The notes under the pieces are model-generated. The model ran no database searches. It worked only from the letters and a program-made list of their open reading frames with translations, and was not told the origin of the DNA. Positions 24,063 to 37,749 of a stretch of DNA of 64,000 nt are shown one piece after another. The first letter of the stretch is position 1. Every line of letters begins with the position of its first letter. The position numbers and the translations under genes are program-made. The stretch comes from Torpedo marmorata (Eukaryota): the NCBI GenBank assembly GCA_977017645.1, contig OZ360237.1, positions 79,422,001-79,486,000 of the forward strand, written 5' to 3'.

Positions 24063-25221
24063 CTTTTTTAAACCACAAAAATATAATGCTTTTACTTATT
24101 TAAATGGAAAATGACCAGATCTGGTTTTCACTGTCAAATTACAATCTTTATTGTAATGGTAGATTCAAGGATATACTGACCCACAGGTGTTGAGATTATG
24201 AGGTAAAAATATTACTTCAGCCAATGACCCACAGTGCCTCAGGAATGCTCAAATCATAAGCTGCTAGACCTATCCTGACTTTATCCTTGTTATGACAATA
24301 CCATGCACAATGCGTGAAAGCAGTATGTCTCTCCACAATAACTGTGGTGGTCACTCCTAACAATGCTGTAATGGATAGATGTATCGGGAAGAGCAAGACA
24401 GTGAGGGTAAAATAACATAGGTTTATTTCTCATGTCAGTTCACTTACAGCTGAACATTAATCTAGTGAGGCAATTAACTCCCTCAGAACTCAACATGTTC
24501 CTACTCGAATGAAGGGCAAGCTGGCAGGAACAGCAAATCCTAATTGAGGAGGGTTATTGAACTCTGGTTAGGAAAAAGGTGTATGCCAGCGAGAGGGTGG
24601 TGGGTTAAAGCAAATCCCTCAAGAAGTACAAGATGTCGTTCACTGAAGAGAGAAATCAGAAGGGCAAAAAGAGGACTTGTGGCTTTGGCAGATAAGGTGA
24701 AGGAGAATCCCAAGTGATTCTGCAAGTACTGTATATTAACAGAAAAAGGCAACTAGGGTAAAACAAGACCCCTTAAGGAAGCAATGTGGTCATCTATGTG
24801 TGAAGCCACAGGAGGAGAGGAAGGTGTAAATAAATATTTTGCATCTATACTTACTGCAGAGAATTAGGAAATGAATAGTTAAGTTCTGAAACATATCCAT
24901 CTTACAAAAGAGGAGGTACTAGAGGTCTTGAAGTGCACAGAGGTAGATACATCCCCAGGGCATGATCAAGTGCATCCTATGACAGTGTGGGAAGCCAGAA
25001 AAAAAGATAGATGACAGAGATAGGGGCATCACTTTTAGCCACGAGTGAGTTACCAGAAGACGGGAGAGTGGCTAATATCGTACCTTTATTTGGATAGGGC
25101 TGCAGCAACAAGCCAGAGAACTACAAGCTTGTGTATTTTTTTCATAATGTTATGTTTCTATAAAATTCCCTCTCTTCTTCTGACTTCCAGCAAGTGTAGT
25201 CCCAGGAAATTCAATCCTCCT

Positions 25222-25408
25222 CCTGCCATTCTTCAGTGTTTATTCAGATGCCTTCCTGTTTTTTGCTTCCACTTTGAAGAAGGGCTCAGGCCCGAAACAT
25301 TGGTAATATATCTTTACCTCCTATGGCCACTGCGAGACCGGCTGAGTTCCTACAGCATTTGTGTGTTTCTACTACAATCACAGCGTCTGCAGACTTTCGT
25401 GTTTCACT
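25222..25408 (+). mobile_element. Penelope pLTR tail with hammerhead-like motif (second subfamily)
   Basis: TTGAAGA-A-GGGC TCAG GCCC-GAAACATTGG; ends GACTTTCGTGTTTCACT. Confidence 0.7.
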
Positions 25409-25899
25409 CAACTCAATCTTTCTTCATAGGCTAAACCCCTCATCTCCGGAATCAACCTTGTGAATCTCCTTTACAAAGCCAATATATCTTTTCTCAAACA
25501 AGAAAACCAGAACTGCACACAATACTCCAGGTGCAGCCTCATCAGTACCTGTACAGTTGCAGAACTTCCCTGCTCTTAAATTCAATCCCTCTAGCAATGA
25601 AGGGTAATATTCCATTTGCCTTCTTGATTACCTGTTCCAACTGCAAACCAACCTTTAACAATTCAAGCACAAGCATCCCAAGTCCTCCTGCTCGACATTA
25701 TGCTGCAATCTTTCAGTATTCGGATAATAATCTGATCTATTTTCTTTCCAAAGTGGATGAACTCGCATTTACTAACGTCGCACTCCATCTGCCAGTCCCT
25801 TGCCCACTCACTTATCTTTTTCCTCTCTGCACACATTCTGCATTCTGCACACAATTTATTTTTCCACTCAATTTAGTATCATCAGCAAACTTAGATATA

Positions 25900-26121
25900 C
25901 AGTAAAAACCCTTGGTATCCGGCACCTATGGATATTGGTAGATGCTGGATAAGTGAAATTGCCGGTTGCTTGAGATTGCGTGTTGCATGGATTGGCGAAC
26001 TGACCCCTAGGAGCGCCAATGTTAAACTTTCATATTTTAAACCTATTTATTTTCCGCATTTTTTTCACTGGTTGCTTGAGGCTGCCAGTTGCTTGAATTC
26101 CGGATTACAAGGATTTTACTG
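25900..26121. mobile_element. Tigger-like MITE inserted in CR1
   Basis: TIRs CAGTAAAAACCCTTGGTATCCGG and CCGGATTACAAGGATTTTACTG; TA on the left flank. Confidence 0.8.
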
Positions 26122-27171
26122 TTCTACATTCAGTCTCCTCTTTCAAATCATTCATGTATATCGTGAACAATTGGGGGCCTAGCACTGATTCCTGCAGCAT
26201 TCCAGTCACCACTGATTGCCAACCAGAGAAACACCCAATTATCCCAACTCTCTGCCTTCTATTGGTTAGCCAATCCTCTATCCATGCTAATACATTGTCT
26301 CCAACTCCATGTATCCTTATCTTATGGATAAGTGTTATGGGGCAGCTTGTCAAATGCCTTCTGGAAAGGAGTCAGGTCATGAGGGCCTGTTATTCAGATT
26401 GGAGTCCTGAGACCAGCGTGAATTAAATTTAATTGTTCATTGTCACATATACCAAAACACAGTGAAAAAGTTTGCTGTATGCTATCCATGCAAGTCAACC
26501 CATACTTAAATAAGAGCTAGAACAAAATAAAAGTGTAGAGTATATAGTGCTATAGAGAAAAAGTTCATTTAAAGTAATGCAGGGCATTATCGTTGTTAGA
26601 ATGAGAGGTCCATTCACAAATCAAGTAGCATTGGGAAATAAAAACTGTCCCTTTAGCTTAAACCCTGAAGAATATTGCAATGCAGACACACCTGGGGGTA
26701 CAGGGACAGAGCTCCTTGAAAGTGGTAATGCAGGTAGAAGGGTGGTGAAGGCAACGTTTAGCACACTTTCATTTATCAATCAAGGCACTGAGTATAGGAG
26801 CAGGGATACCATGTTGTAACTGTAAGACATGTGAGTGAGACCACACTTGAAGCATAATTAGTAGTTCTGGTTGCACATCTGTAAGAAAGATGTCATTAAG
26901 CTGGGAAGGATACAGGAAAGATCCAGAAGAATGGTACCAGGGCTGGAATTACAAGGAGAGACTGTGAATTTTATCCCTGGAGCATAGGAGGCTGAGGGGG
27001 TTCTTATAGAGACATAAAAAAATCATGAGGGTCTGAGATGCAGGAAATCTAAAACTTGATGGCATAGATTTAAGGTGAGGGGGAAAGCTTTTAAAAAGGA
27101 CAAAAGAGGGGCAATTTTTCCAGAGGTGGGAGGTATGTAGAATAGCTGCTAAATGAGCATATCTTTACTTT

Positions 27172-28105
27172 TAGAATAAGAATTTATTGTCATGAACAAG
27201 CCATGAAATTCGGTGTTTTGCAGCAACATCATAGTGCAAACATTCATATTATAACCATCTTACGACATTACTATAAAAATATATAAATAATAGTGCACGA
27301 AAAGTAAGGCAGTGTCTTTGGTTCATTGATTATTTAGGAATCTGCTGGCAGCGGGGAAGAAGCTGTCCTTGTGCCGTTGAGTGCTCGTCTTTAGGCTCCT
27401 GTACCTTTTTCCCATTGGTAGCAGAGTGAAGAGGGCATGGCCTGGGTGGTGGGGGTCTTTGAGGATAGAGGCTGCTTTTTTAAGACACCGCCTCATGTAG
27501 ATGTCCTCGATGGAGTGAAGTTTGGTGCCTGTGATGTCACAGGCCGAGTTAACAACCCTCTGAAGTTTATTCTTGTCCTGAGAGTTGGCGCCTCCATACC
27601 AGGCAGTGATGTAACCAGCCAGAATGCTCTCCACGGTACACCTGTAGAAGTTTACGAGAGTCTTTGGTAACATACCGAATCTCCTCAGACACCTCACAAA
27701 GTATAGCTGCTGGCGAGCCTTCTTTGTGATTGCATCAATGTGGAGGCTCCAGGACAGACCCTCGGAGATGTTGACACCCAGGAATTTGAAGTTCTTGACC
27801 CTCTCTACTACTGAGCCCTTGATGAGGACTGGATCGTGTTCCCCTGACTTCCTCCTGAAGTCCACAATCATCTCCTTGGTTGTGCTGACGTTGAGCGCAA
27901 GGTTGTTGTCGTTACACCATTCAACGAGCTGATCTATCTCCCTCCTGTACGCTTCCTCATTGCTGTTTGTGATTCTGCCGACAACTGTAGTGTCATCGGC
28001 AAACTTGTAGATGGCATTGGAATTGTGCCTGGCCACACAGTCATGGGTGTATAATGAGTAGAGCAGTGGGCTAAGCACACATCCTTGGGGTGCGCCTGTG
28101 TTGTT
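27172..28105 (-). mobile_element. Rex1/Babar LINE, 5'-truncated
   Basis: Open RT C-half from [12 protein letters not shown] to RFLNNQ, plus 3' UTR. Confidence 0.92.
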
Positions 28106-28494
28106 ATTTATACAGGTAGATGTGCAAGGAAGGTTTAGAGTGATATGGGCCAAACAGGCGAATGGAACTAGCCTAGGTAGGCAATTAGGCTGACATGTTT
28201 CTGTGCAGTCAAGCTCAACAACTCTTACAGAAGTGGTGTTGTGTCTCATGGGCATTGGGATCCCCCAAAAACGTACATTTTCTTGAGGGAAAATATGACA
28301 AATTTAATGCACAATAATGCTGGTTACAAGGATTTTATTAGATTTAATCTTATTTTTAAAAAACTGCTGATAACACAAGGTAATATTTCCAAATACATTC
28401 ACAGTTGGATGCAAAATAATTCTATGTCAAATTGAGAGAAAAGTTGGGATAGTGGTTTTTGCTCTTATCTAAAAGATGGCATCTTAACCAGCAG

Positions 28495-28910
28495 ACCAGC
28501 GTGGGACTCAGGGGCCAGAAGACTCACACCATACCATGGGTTGCAGGCATCTAGCTTGTGGGAACCAGGTACCGGGACCAGGATTTGTGAAGATTCCAAG
28601 GTGAAGAGTTCCCGAAGAGTCTCAGGAGCTGACAACTTAATCACATCGAGTGCTCGGAACTAGGGGCTAAGGAGGGTGACCTGGGTGCCTCGAGCTTAGG
28701 TTCACTCATGGACAGGACTGGACGCTGTGTGGCGACAGAGGTTATGTGTGCGCAGGATGCAGAAACATCAAAGGAGGTGGCAGGATCCACAGACACGCTT
28801 CTCTTTTGCATTTTGATAGGGGCGCTGGACGAGTGGCGCCTCTGTGAGCCTTTACAGAGCAAAGAAAAAAATTATGTATTTTGTATACATGATGACAAAG
28901 GAATTTTGAT
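28495..28910 (+). mobile_element. Element X-related, strongly diverged
   Basis: AAGACTCACACC, CTCTTTTGC, CATGATGACAAAGGAATTTTGATT align loosely to element X. Confidence 0.5.
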
Positions 28911-29492
28911 TCCAGTAACCTTTAGAACTGTGAAGTGTTGACGTGAATCTTGTACTCAAATTTCTGAAACAGTTCATAAACCAAGACAACCTAACCTGGG
29001 TAAAAATCTCTACCATTGAGCCAAAATTGATTCTAGTATGCTGCATGTTAACATTCTTGTTGCAAGTTTACTATGAAATTAGTTTTTAAATTCAATACCA
29101 AGCATTACTTCTTGTCACATGTTAACCTTTAACTACTCAGCAGCAAAATAATAATACAAAGTTGTGCATTTCAGTTTCTATACTGATTATTCCCATTGGT
29201 CACTTTCTGGGAAACACTGGGTAAAATGAGAGGAAAATCCAAAAGTAGCAGATATTGAAAATGTAGATTCCCCAAATCAAAACAATGCAGATGAATGTTC
29301 TCATCAGGAACTGTACATTGAGTATTTTTTTAAACTTTTTGGAGGAGTTAAGACCATAAGTAGAAGGTCATTCAGCCCTTAAAGCCTATTCTGTCTTTCA
29401 ATAGTGATTTAGCTGATCTGCCACGACTCTTGGTTCACTTACTGATTAGAAATTTACTTCAGTCTTAAGTATACACAAAGACTTCTTTGCCA

Positions 29493-32400
29493 ATGGGTTG
29501 GTCAAGTGGTGGCTTCTTCATTTAATTCTAAAGCAAGAGGAGTAGCTATATTAATTAACAAAAAGTTACCTTTTAAGATACAATCAGTAGTTATAGATGT
29601 GGCAGGTAGATATGTTTTGATTCATTGCCAGATTTATTCAGAATTTTGGACACTTATGAACTTGTATGTGTCAAATCCAGATGATGAACAGTTTATTCAA
29701 GATTCCTTTTTTACATTTGTCAGAAGCTAATGAGAATATTTTAATTGGGGGAGACTTTAATTGTTGTCTAGATCCAATAATGGATAAAACTTCAAGATCA
29801 CTTGCTAAAACTAAAATTGCTAAAAGAGTTCTTTCTTTGATGAAAGATTTAAATTTAGTAGATATTTGGAGGAAATTGAATCCTAGAGAAAAAGATTATT
29901 CTTTTTATTCTTTCAGGCATGATTCATATTCTAGGATAGATTTATTTTTATTGTCTTCACAGGATCAAGATAGAATAACGCAAGCATCGTATAAAGCGAG
30001 AATTATTTCTGATCATTCACCTTTACTAATATCTTGTATAATTCCGGAAAAAGAAAAAAACTGTATATAGCTGGAGATTTAATTCTTCTTTATTAAAAAG
30101 AAAAGATTTTTGTGATTATATGAGAAGGGAAATTCAGGAATTTCTACAAATAAATTCTAATTCCACTGATAATAAATTTATTATTTGGGAAGCTTTAAAA
30201 GCTTATTTAAGAGGTCAAATAATAAGCTATTCAGCAAAAATTAGAAAGATTATCTTAGGGAAGTAGAAAAATTAGAGAAGGAGATTGAATGTTTGGAAAA
30301 AGATTTACAAAAAAACAGATCAATTCAAGAAAGGAATCGTTTAATTGGGAAGAAATTACATTACAATTTATTACAAACATATAGAATGGAAAAACTAATT
30401 GAAAGAACTAAACAAAGATATTATGAATTAGGGGAAAGAGCTCATAAAGTTTTGGCATGGCAATTAAAAAAAGACCAAACTTCTAGAACTATAAATGCTA
30501 TAAGGAAAAAGAACTCTAGAGAAATAACTTATAAACCTCGAGAAATAAATGATTCTTTTAAAGATTATTATTTGAATTTATATAAATCTCAGTTTGATCA
30601 AGATGACTCTAAAATTACTACATTTTTATCTAAAATTATATTACCTAAATTGAATACTCAAAGTAGAGAATCTTTAGATTTACCTTTTTCAATGAGGGAA
30701 GTTAATGAAGTTCTTACTTCGCTAAAGAGTGGTAAATCTCCAGGTGATGATGGATTTCCATCAGAATTTTATACAGAGTTTAAAGATTTATTAATACCTC
30801 CATATATTGAATCAAATTACGGAAACTCACTCTTTACCAGATACTTTTTTAAATGCAATAATTACAGTTATACCAAAGAAAGATAGAGATGTATTGAAAA
30901 CTGAATCTTATAGACCTATTTCATTATTAAATGTAGATTACAAGATAATGGCAAAGATTTTAGCAAATAGAATGGCTAGTTATTTACCAGACTTAATTCA
31001 TGTAGATCAAGCTGGTTTTATTAAAAATAGATATTCAAAAGATAATATAGCTAGATTGATTAGTTTAATCAATTTACATAAAAAGAAGGAAGATTTACCA
31101 TTAGTTTTAACTTTAGATGCTGAAAAGGCTTTCGATAGATTAGAGTGGAATTTTTTATTTAAGATATTGGAGAAATTTGGTTTTGGAAATACATTTATTA
31201 ATTGGATTAAAACTATATATAAAGAACCATCAGCTAAAGTAGTTACAAATGGACAAACTTCTTCAAGATTTCCTTTGACTCGATCTACTAGACAAGGATG
31301 TCCTTTGTCACCAGCATTATTTATTTTGGCGATAGAACGCTTGGCAGAATTAGTTAGAAAAGATCCTAAAATAGTTGGTATTAAAGTTGGAATGGAAGAA
31401 CATAAAATTAGTTTGTTTGCAGATGATGTATTGATATATATGACAAAATCTACTACATCCTTAGTACAATTGTCTCTGTTATTGAGAGAATATGGGGAAA
31501 TATCTGGATATAAGATTAACTCTGATAAAAGTGAAATTATGGCATTATCACAAGGGGATTATAGTAGATGTAAAGAAATCACACAATTTAAATGGGCAAA
31601 GGAAGGAATTAAATATTTGGGAATAAGGATCGATACAAAATTGACTAATTTATATAAATTAAATTACCTACCATTATTTGTGAAAATAAAGAAAGATTTA
31701 GAAATTTGGAAAGATTTACCTATAACTTTAATGGGAAGAGTAAACTGTATTAAAATGAATGTTTTTCCAAGAATTCAATATCTTTTTCAATCAATTCCTG
31801 ATGGAATTCCTCAAAAAATTTTTAAAGATTTAAATTCAATTATTAGAAAATTTTTATGGAAAGGAAAGTTAGCAAGAGTAGGTATGGAAAAATTAACTTG
31901 GAATTATGAAATGGGTGGTTTACAACTTCCTAATTTCCAAAATTATTATAAAGCAGCTCAACTAAAATTTATTAATGAATTTTTTGATTCAACTAAATCT
32001 TCTGCTTGGATTAAAATAGAATTAAATAATATAGGAGAAGATTCCAAAGAAGAAATTATTTATAAATGGGATTCTAAATTAATATCAACAAGAAAGAAAA
32101 ATTCGCCTATTTTTAAACATTTGTTAGAAATATGGAATAAGACGGATAAGGAAATAGGAGGAAAGGGATTGATTTCTTCAAGGATGCCTTTATATCAAAA
32201 TGGACTTATTCCATTTACTATTAATAATCAATTATTCAAAATTTGGTTTCAAAAAGGAATTAAGAAGATTAATGACTGTTTTGAAGCTGGGAAATTTATT
32301 ACTTTTCAAAGAATGAAAGATAAATTTAATATATTAGATCATACACTTTTTGCTTATTATCAAATTAGAGCTTTTTTGATTGAGAAATTAGGTTATGCTT

Positions 32401-33383
32401 TGATTTTACCAAGGCAAAATGAATTAGAATTATTAGTTACTAATGGAGATGTTAATAAATTTATTTCTCAAATGTATAAATTGTTTCAGAGGAAAATGCC
32501 TAAAGTAGGATTGCATAAATCAAGATTAAAATGGGAATTAGATTTGAATGTAAGAATAGATGAAAATCATTGGAAATAATTATGTAAATTAAGTATGATG
32601 AAGATTATTAATGTTAGATATAGATTAGTACAATACAATTTTTTTCATCAATTATATTTAACACCTAAAAAATTAAAGAAATTTAATCCGACATTATCAG
32701 GTTTATGTTTTAGATGTAATAAAGAAGAAGGATCTTTTGTACATTCTACATGGTTTTGTCCAAAAGTTTATGATTTTTGATTGGAAGTTAAAAAATTTTT
32801 AGATAAAGTATTTAAAATTACGTTTCCAATGGATCCTATGATATTTTTGTTTGGAGATATTAGAAAATTTAGTATTAAGATGAAATGAAATATGTATCAA
32901 ATAGAATTTTTGCGAATTGCTTTAGCTGTTTCAAAGAAATGCATTGCTATTACATGGAAATCTGATTTAGATTTAGGATTAGAAAGATGGCATGCAGAAC
33001 TTCGTTCGTGTATACCACTTGAAAAAATTACTTATAATTTACGTAACAAATATCATTTTTTCTTTAAAATTTGGAGCACATATATGAGAGCTGTTGGCTT
33101 AAGAATTTGAAGATCTCTGGGTATTGGGTCTACTGGCATACTTGACCTCCATAATAGAAGTAGTTTATAGATTGGCATTCCCCTAACTCTATCCTTCTCT
33201 TTCTTTCTTTTTCTTCTTTTTCTATTTTTATTTTATATTTTTATTAGATTAGTGGGGTTGGGAGGGTTGGGGAGGGGAGGGAGGGAGGGGGGGGTGAAAA
33301 TGTATCACAAATAATTTCATAATTTTATATTTTACTTTATGTATTTCGTGATTTAAAAATTTTAAATAAAATATTTTTTAAAA
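29493..33383 (+). mobile_element. L1-clade LINE: most of ORF2 (APE endonuclease, RT, CCHC) with frameshifts and stops; 3' UTR; poly-A
   Basis: GGDFNC, SRIDLF, SDHSP, KSPGDDG, LDAEKAFD, LFADD; TSD AAAGACT(T/C)CTTTGCCA (29477-29492, 33384-33399). Confidence 0.95.
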
Positions 33384-34736
33384 AAAGACTCCTTTGCCAC
33401 AGCTTCATGCCCACAACTTTCAAAGGCACTCAGGTAGAATTTCTTCTCAGCAGTTTATCTCAGTCTTAAATGCCTACTCTCTTACTCTGCAACCATGCCT
33501 TCTGGTTCTGGACTCTCCCAGGAGAGAAAATGTCCTCTCAGGATTTACCTATTTTGGATCTCCAAAGAATCTTGTATGTTTCAATAAGATCACCTCCCAT
33601 TCTACGAAACTCAGTGGAGAAAGCCAACCTGTTGAACCTTTTCTTGTCGGACAATTCCTCCAATCCCAGGAAAACTCAAAACTACCTCAAATTTTAAGGG
33701 ATATTGGCGATCTTGTTAAGAAGAAGAGAGAGGTGTATAGCAGGTATAGGCAACAAGGGGCAAATGAGGTACTAGAAGAGTATAGAAAATGTAAGAAAAT
33801 ACTTAAGAAGGAAATTAGGAAGGCAAAAAGATATGAGGTTGCTTTGGCAGATAATGTGAAGGTAAATCCGAAGGGCTTCTACAAGTATGTTAAGAGTAAA
33901 AGGATAGTAAGGGTCAAAATTGGTCCCCTAGAAGATCAGTGCGGTCGTCTATGTGTGGAGCCTCACGAGATGGGGGAGATCTTAACTAGTTTTTTTGCAT
34001 CATTATTTAATCAGGAAACTGGCATAGTGTATAAGGAAGGAAGAGAAACAAGCAGTAGTGGCATGGAACATATAGAGATTAAAGAGGAGGAGGTGCTTGC
34101 TGCCTTACAGCGAATAAAGGTAGATAAATCCCTCGGGCCTGACATGAAATTCCCTCGGACCTTGAGGGAGACTAGTGTAGAAATTACAGGGATCCTGGCA
34201 GAAATATTTAAAACGTCCTTAGCCATGGGTGAGGTGCCGGAGGATTGGAGGGTAGCTCATGTTGTTCCATTGTTTAAAAAAGGCTCCAAAAGTAAACCAG
34301 GAAACTACAGGCCAGTGAGCCTGACGTCAGTAGTAGGTAAATTATTGGAGGGTATTCTGAGAGATCGGGTATACAAGTATTTGGACAGCCAAGGGCTGAT
34401 TAAGTATAGTCAGTATGGCTTTGTGCGTGGTAGGTCGTGTTTAAATAATCTTATAGAGTTTTTCGAGTAGGTTACCAAGAAAGTAGATGAAGGAAAGGCT
34501 GTGGATGTTGTCTACATGGACTTTAGTAAGGCCTCTGCCAAGGTCCCACATGGGAGGCTAGTTCAGAAGGTTCAGACGCTAGGTATCCATGGAGAGGTTG
34601 TAAACTGGATTCGAAATTGGCTGAACGGGAGAAGACAGAGAGTGGTAGTGGATGATTGCTTCTCAGACTGGAGGCCTGTGATTAGTGGTGTGCCTCAGGG
34701 ATCAGTGCTGGGACCATTGTTGTTTGTTGTCTATAT

Positions 34737-35570
34737 CAGGGCTTCCCAAACTTTTTAGCACGAGGAACCCTTTTGGGGAGCACCTGGAAATCGCGGAACC
34801 CCAATCGTAAATTACAGTTTAAAAGACCTGGTATATACACAAGAATAGTAAGAAAGTAAATAAACTCACCATTCTCCAAGTTGAAATCACTTGTTGCCTC
34901 TAATTTACATTTAATGGGATGAATGGAATTGTTTCTTGTCCTCACAGGGATTTAAAGACAGAGGTAAAAAGTAATTTAAAGAAAAACAGGTCAAATAGTA
35001 GAGTTATTACTACAGTGGATCCCTTTTATAACGCGATAGTTTGGGTCCAAAAAAATCGCATCATGAAAAAAGCGGGGTCGTGCTAAATCGGGGTTTCAAT
35101 AAATCGTTGTTACAGTTGAAATTAAAACACAAATTAATTTTTAGTAAACCAGAAATGGCCATTTCGCTGGCAGGAAACAAATAAAGTGTGCGATGACGCT
35201 GACCGCTCACAGCTTAACGCTGTTCAGCAGCATGTTTAAACGCGTTTAGAAGTAGTCATTGGACTCGGGCGTCGGGCAGGAGCGGTGGCTCAATGGCCAT
35301 CTTCGTTACCAATAATCCCCCACGCAGCTGGAACCGCTCTACCAGTGCCAGCGCCAGGGAAACGCAGAGCGGTTCCAGCTGCGTGGGGGATTATTGGTAA
35401 CGAAGACGGCCATTGATCCCGCATTGAGCCTCCGCTCCTGCCTGACGCCCGAGTCCAATGACTCATCACATTATATCCGATTTCGCGTTAAATCAGGGCG
35501 CATAAAATCGGGGTTTCACTGTACCTGCCATTTCTTCCGCAGAACCCCTACGCCTTTCCGGGAAACGCTG
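34737..35570. mobile_element. hAT (Charlie-like) non-autonomous element
   Basis: 8-bp TSD GTCTATAT; ends CAGGGCTTCCC and GGGAAACGCTG. Confidence 0.88.
35013..35521. mobile_element. Tigger/pogo-like MITE nested in the hAT element
   Basis: CAGTGGATCCCTTTTAT...ATAAAATCGGGGTTTCACTG; TA on both flanks. Confidence 0.85.
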
Positions 35571-36437
35571 GTCTATATCAATGATCTGGATGATAATGTA
35601 GTAAACTGGATCAGCAAGTTTGCTGATGTCACTAAGATTGGAGGCGTTGTGGACAGCAAGGAAGGCTTTCAAAGCTTGCAGAGGGATCTGGATCAACTGG
35701 AAAAGTGGGCCAGAAAATGGCATTTAATGCAGACAAGTGTGAGGTGTTGCATTTTGGAAGGACAAACCAAGGTAGGACATACACAGTAAATGGTAAGGCA
35801 CTGAGGAGTGCGGAGGAACAAAGTGATCTGGGAATTCAGATACATAATTCACTGAAAGTGGTGTCACAGGTAGACAGGGTTGTGAAGAAAGCTTTTGGCA
35901 TCTTGGCCTTCATAAATCAGAATCAGAATCTATTGTCATGAACAAGTCATGAAATTCGGTGTTTTGCGGCAGCATCACAGTGCAATTAACATTCATATTA
36001 TAACCATCTTACGACATTACTATAAAAAATTATAAATAATAGTGCATGAAAAGTAAGGCAGTGTCTGCTTCATTGATTATTCAGGAATCTGATGGCAGCG
36101 GGGAAGAAGCTGTCCTTGTGCCGTTGAGTGCTCGTCTTTAGGCTCCTGTACCTTTTTCCCGATGGTAGCAGAGTGAAGAGGGCATGGCCTGGGTGGTGGG
36201 GATCTTTGAAGATAGAGGCTGCTTTGTTAAGACACCGCCTCGTGTAGATGTCCTCAATGGAGTGAAGTTTGGTGCCTGTGATGTCACAGGCCGAGTTAAC
36301 AACCCTCTGGAGTTTACTATTGTCCTGAGAGTTGGCGCCTCCATACCAGGCAGTGATGCAACCAGCCAGAAATCTCTCCACGGTACACCTGTAGACGTTT
36401 ACGAGAGTCTTCGGTGACATACTGAATCTCCGAGATA

Positions 36438-37161
36438 CAGAACGGCCCGTTAAAGGAGCCGACGGTGGTTTTATTTACGATTCCGCGACCACGGGGCCTG
36501 CGCCCAAGATGGCAGCGCCTTTTAACCAGCAGAAGCCACGAGGGGCTGCAGATTCCGGGGAAGCGGAGGACTGGAGCAGGGAACCAGAGGACAGGAAGAT
36601 CACCCCCCGTCTGAGAAGGAGAAGCGGAGGAGACGACCCACGGGACGGTGACCACGGCGGCGGACCGGTGAGAGGCTCTGAGGCTGAAGGACCAGTGCAT
36701 GCGGCGGGCTGCTGGCGACTCGAGGCGAGGAACCCGCGGAGGCTGTGGGCTGCTGGAGACTGCTGTCGGGGGACTCACGACGGGCTGCGGACTGCTGGAG
36801 GCTGGCTCGAACTGGCTGGAGGAGTACCAGGTATTGGAACCGGGATGTGAGGGGGTGCCGAGGGCGCTGAAGGGTACCTGACCGTGTTGGAGGTTCAGAT
36901 CTGGAGCTCAGGTTGCCAATGTTTGGACTGGACTCTGTGTGGCTGCGGAGGCTGCGGAAGCGCTGGAGGCGAATCTACGGACACTCAGTGACTCTGGGGG
37001 GACTCTCTTTTGCTTCTCTTTCTCTGACTGTAAGGAATGTTAGAGGCACTTAGGCAATTTCTGCCGGTGGCGAATCTGTCTACCTTGCAGCAGGCAAAAA
37101 GAAATTTTATGGAATATGACACTGTCTTATTACTATGACAAAAATTGAATCTTGAATCTTG
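36438..37161 (+). mobile_element. Element X, 5'-truncated, inside Rex1
   Basis: Nearly identical to 43975-44687; tail (TTGAATC)n. Confidence 0.85.
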
Positions 37162-37749
37162 AAGTATAGCTGCTGACGAGCCTTCTTTGTGATTGCATCA
37201 ACGTGGAGGCTCCAGGACAGATCCTCGGAGATGTTGACACCCTGGAATTTGAAGTTCTTGACCCTTTCCACTACTGAGCCCTCGATGAGGACTGGGTCGT
37301 GTTCCCCTGACTTCCTCCTGAAGTCCACAATCATCTCCTTGGTTTTGCTGACGTTGAGCTCAAGGTTGTTGTCGTTACACCATTCAACGAGCTGATCTAT
37401 CTCCCTCCTGTACGCTTCCTCATTGCCATTTGTGATTCTGCCGACAACTGTGGTGTCATCGGCAAACTTGTAGATGGCATTGGAATTGTGCCTGGCCACA
37501 CAGTCATGAGTGTATAACGAGTAGAGCAGTGGACTAAGCATGTATCCTTGGAGTGCACCTGTGTTGATAATCAGTGAGGAGGAGACGTTGTTTCCAATTC
37601 GTACTGACTGTGGTCTTCCGATGAGAAAGTCAAGGATCCAGTTGCAGAGTGGGGTACAGAGGCCTAGAGTTTGTAGCTTCTTGACCAGCACTGAGGGAAT
37701 AATGGTATTGAACGCCGAGCTGTAGTCGATGAAGAGCAGCCGTATGTAT

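Larger units (their letters stand above)
24570..27150. mobile_element. Cluster of degenerate CR1-type LINE fragments on both strands
   Basis: Remnants WIEDWLTNRRQRVGI, SVLGPQLFTIYMNDL, FINQGTEYRSRD. Confidence 0.7.

Noticed and set aside
33250-33295. G-rich tract with G-quadruplex potential (mirror at 10775-10810)
   Set aside because: Ordinary L1 3' UTR feature
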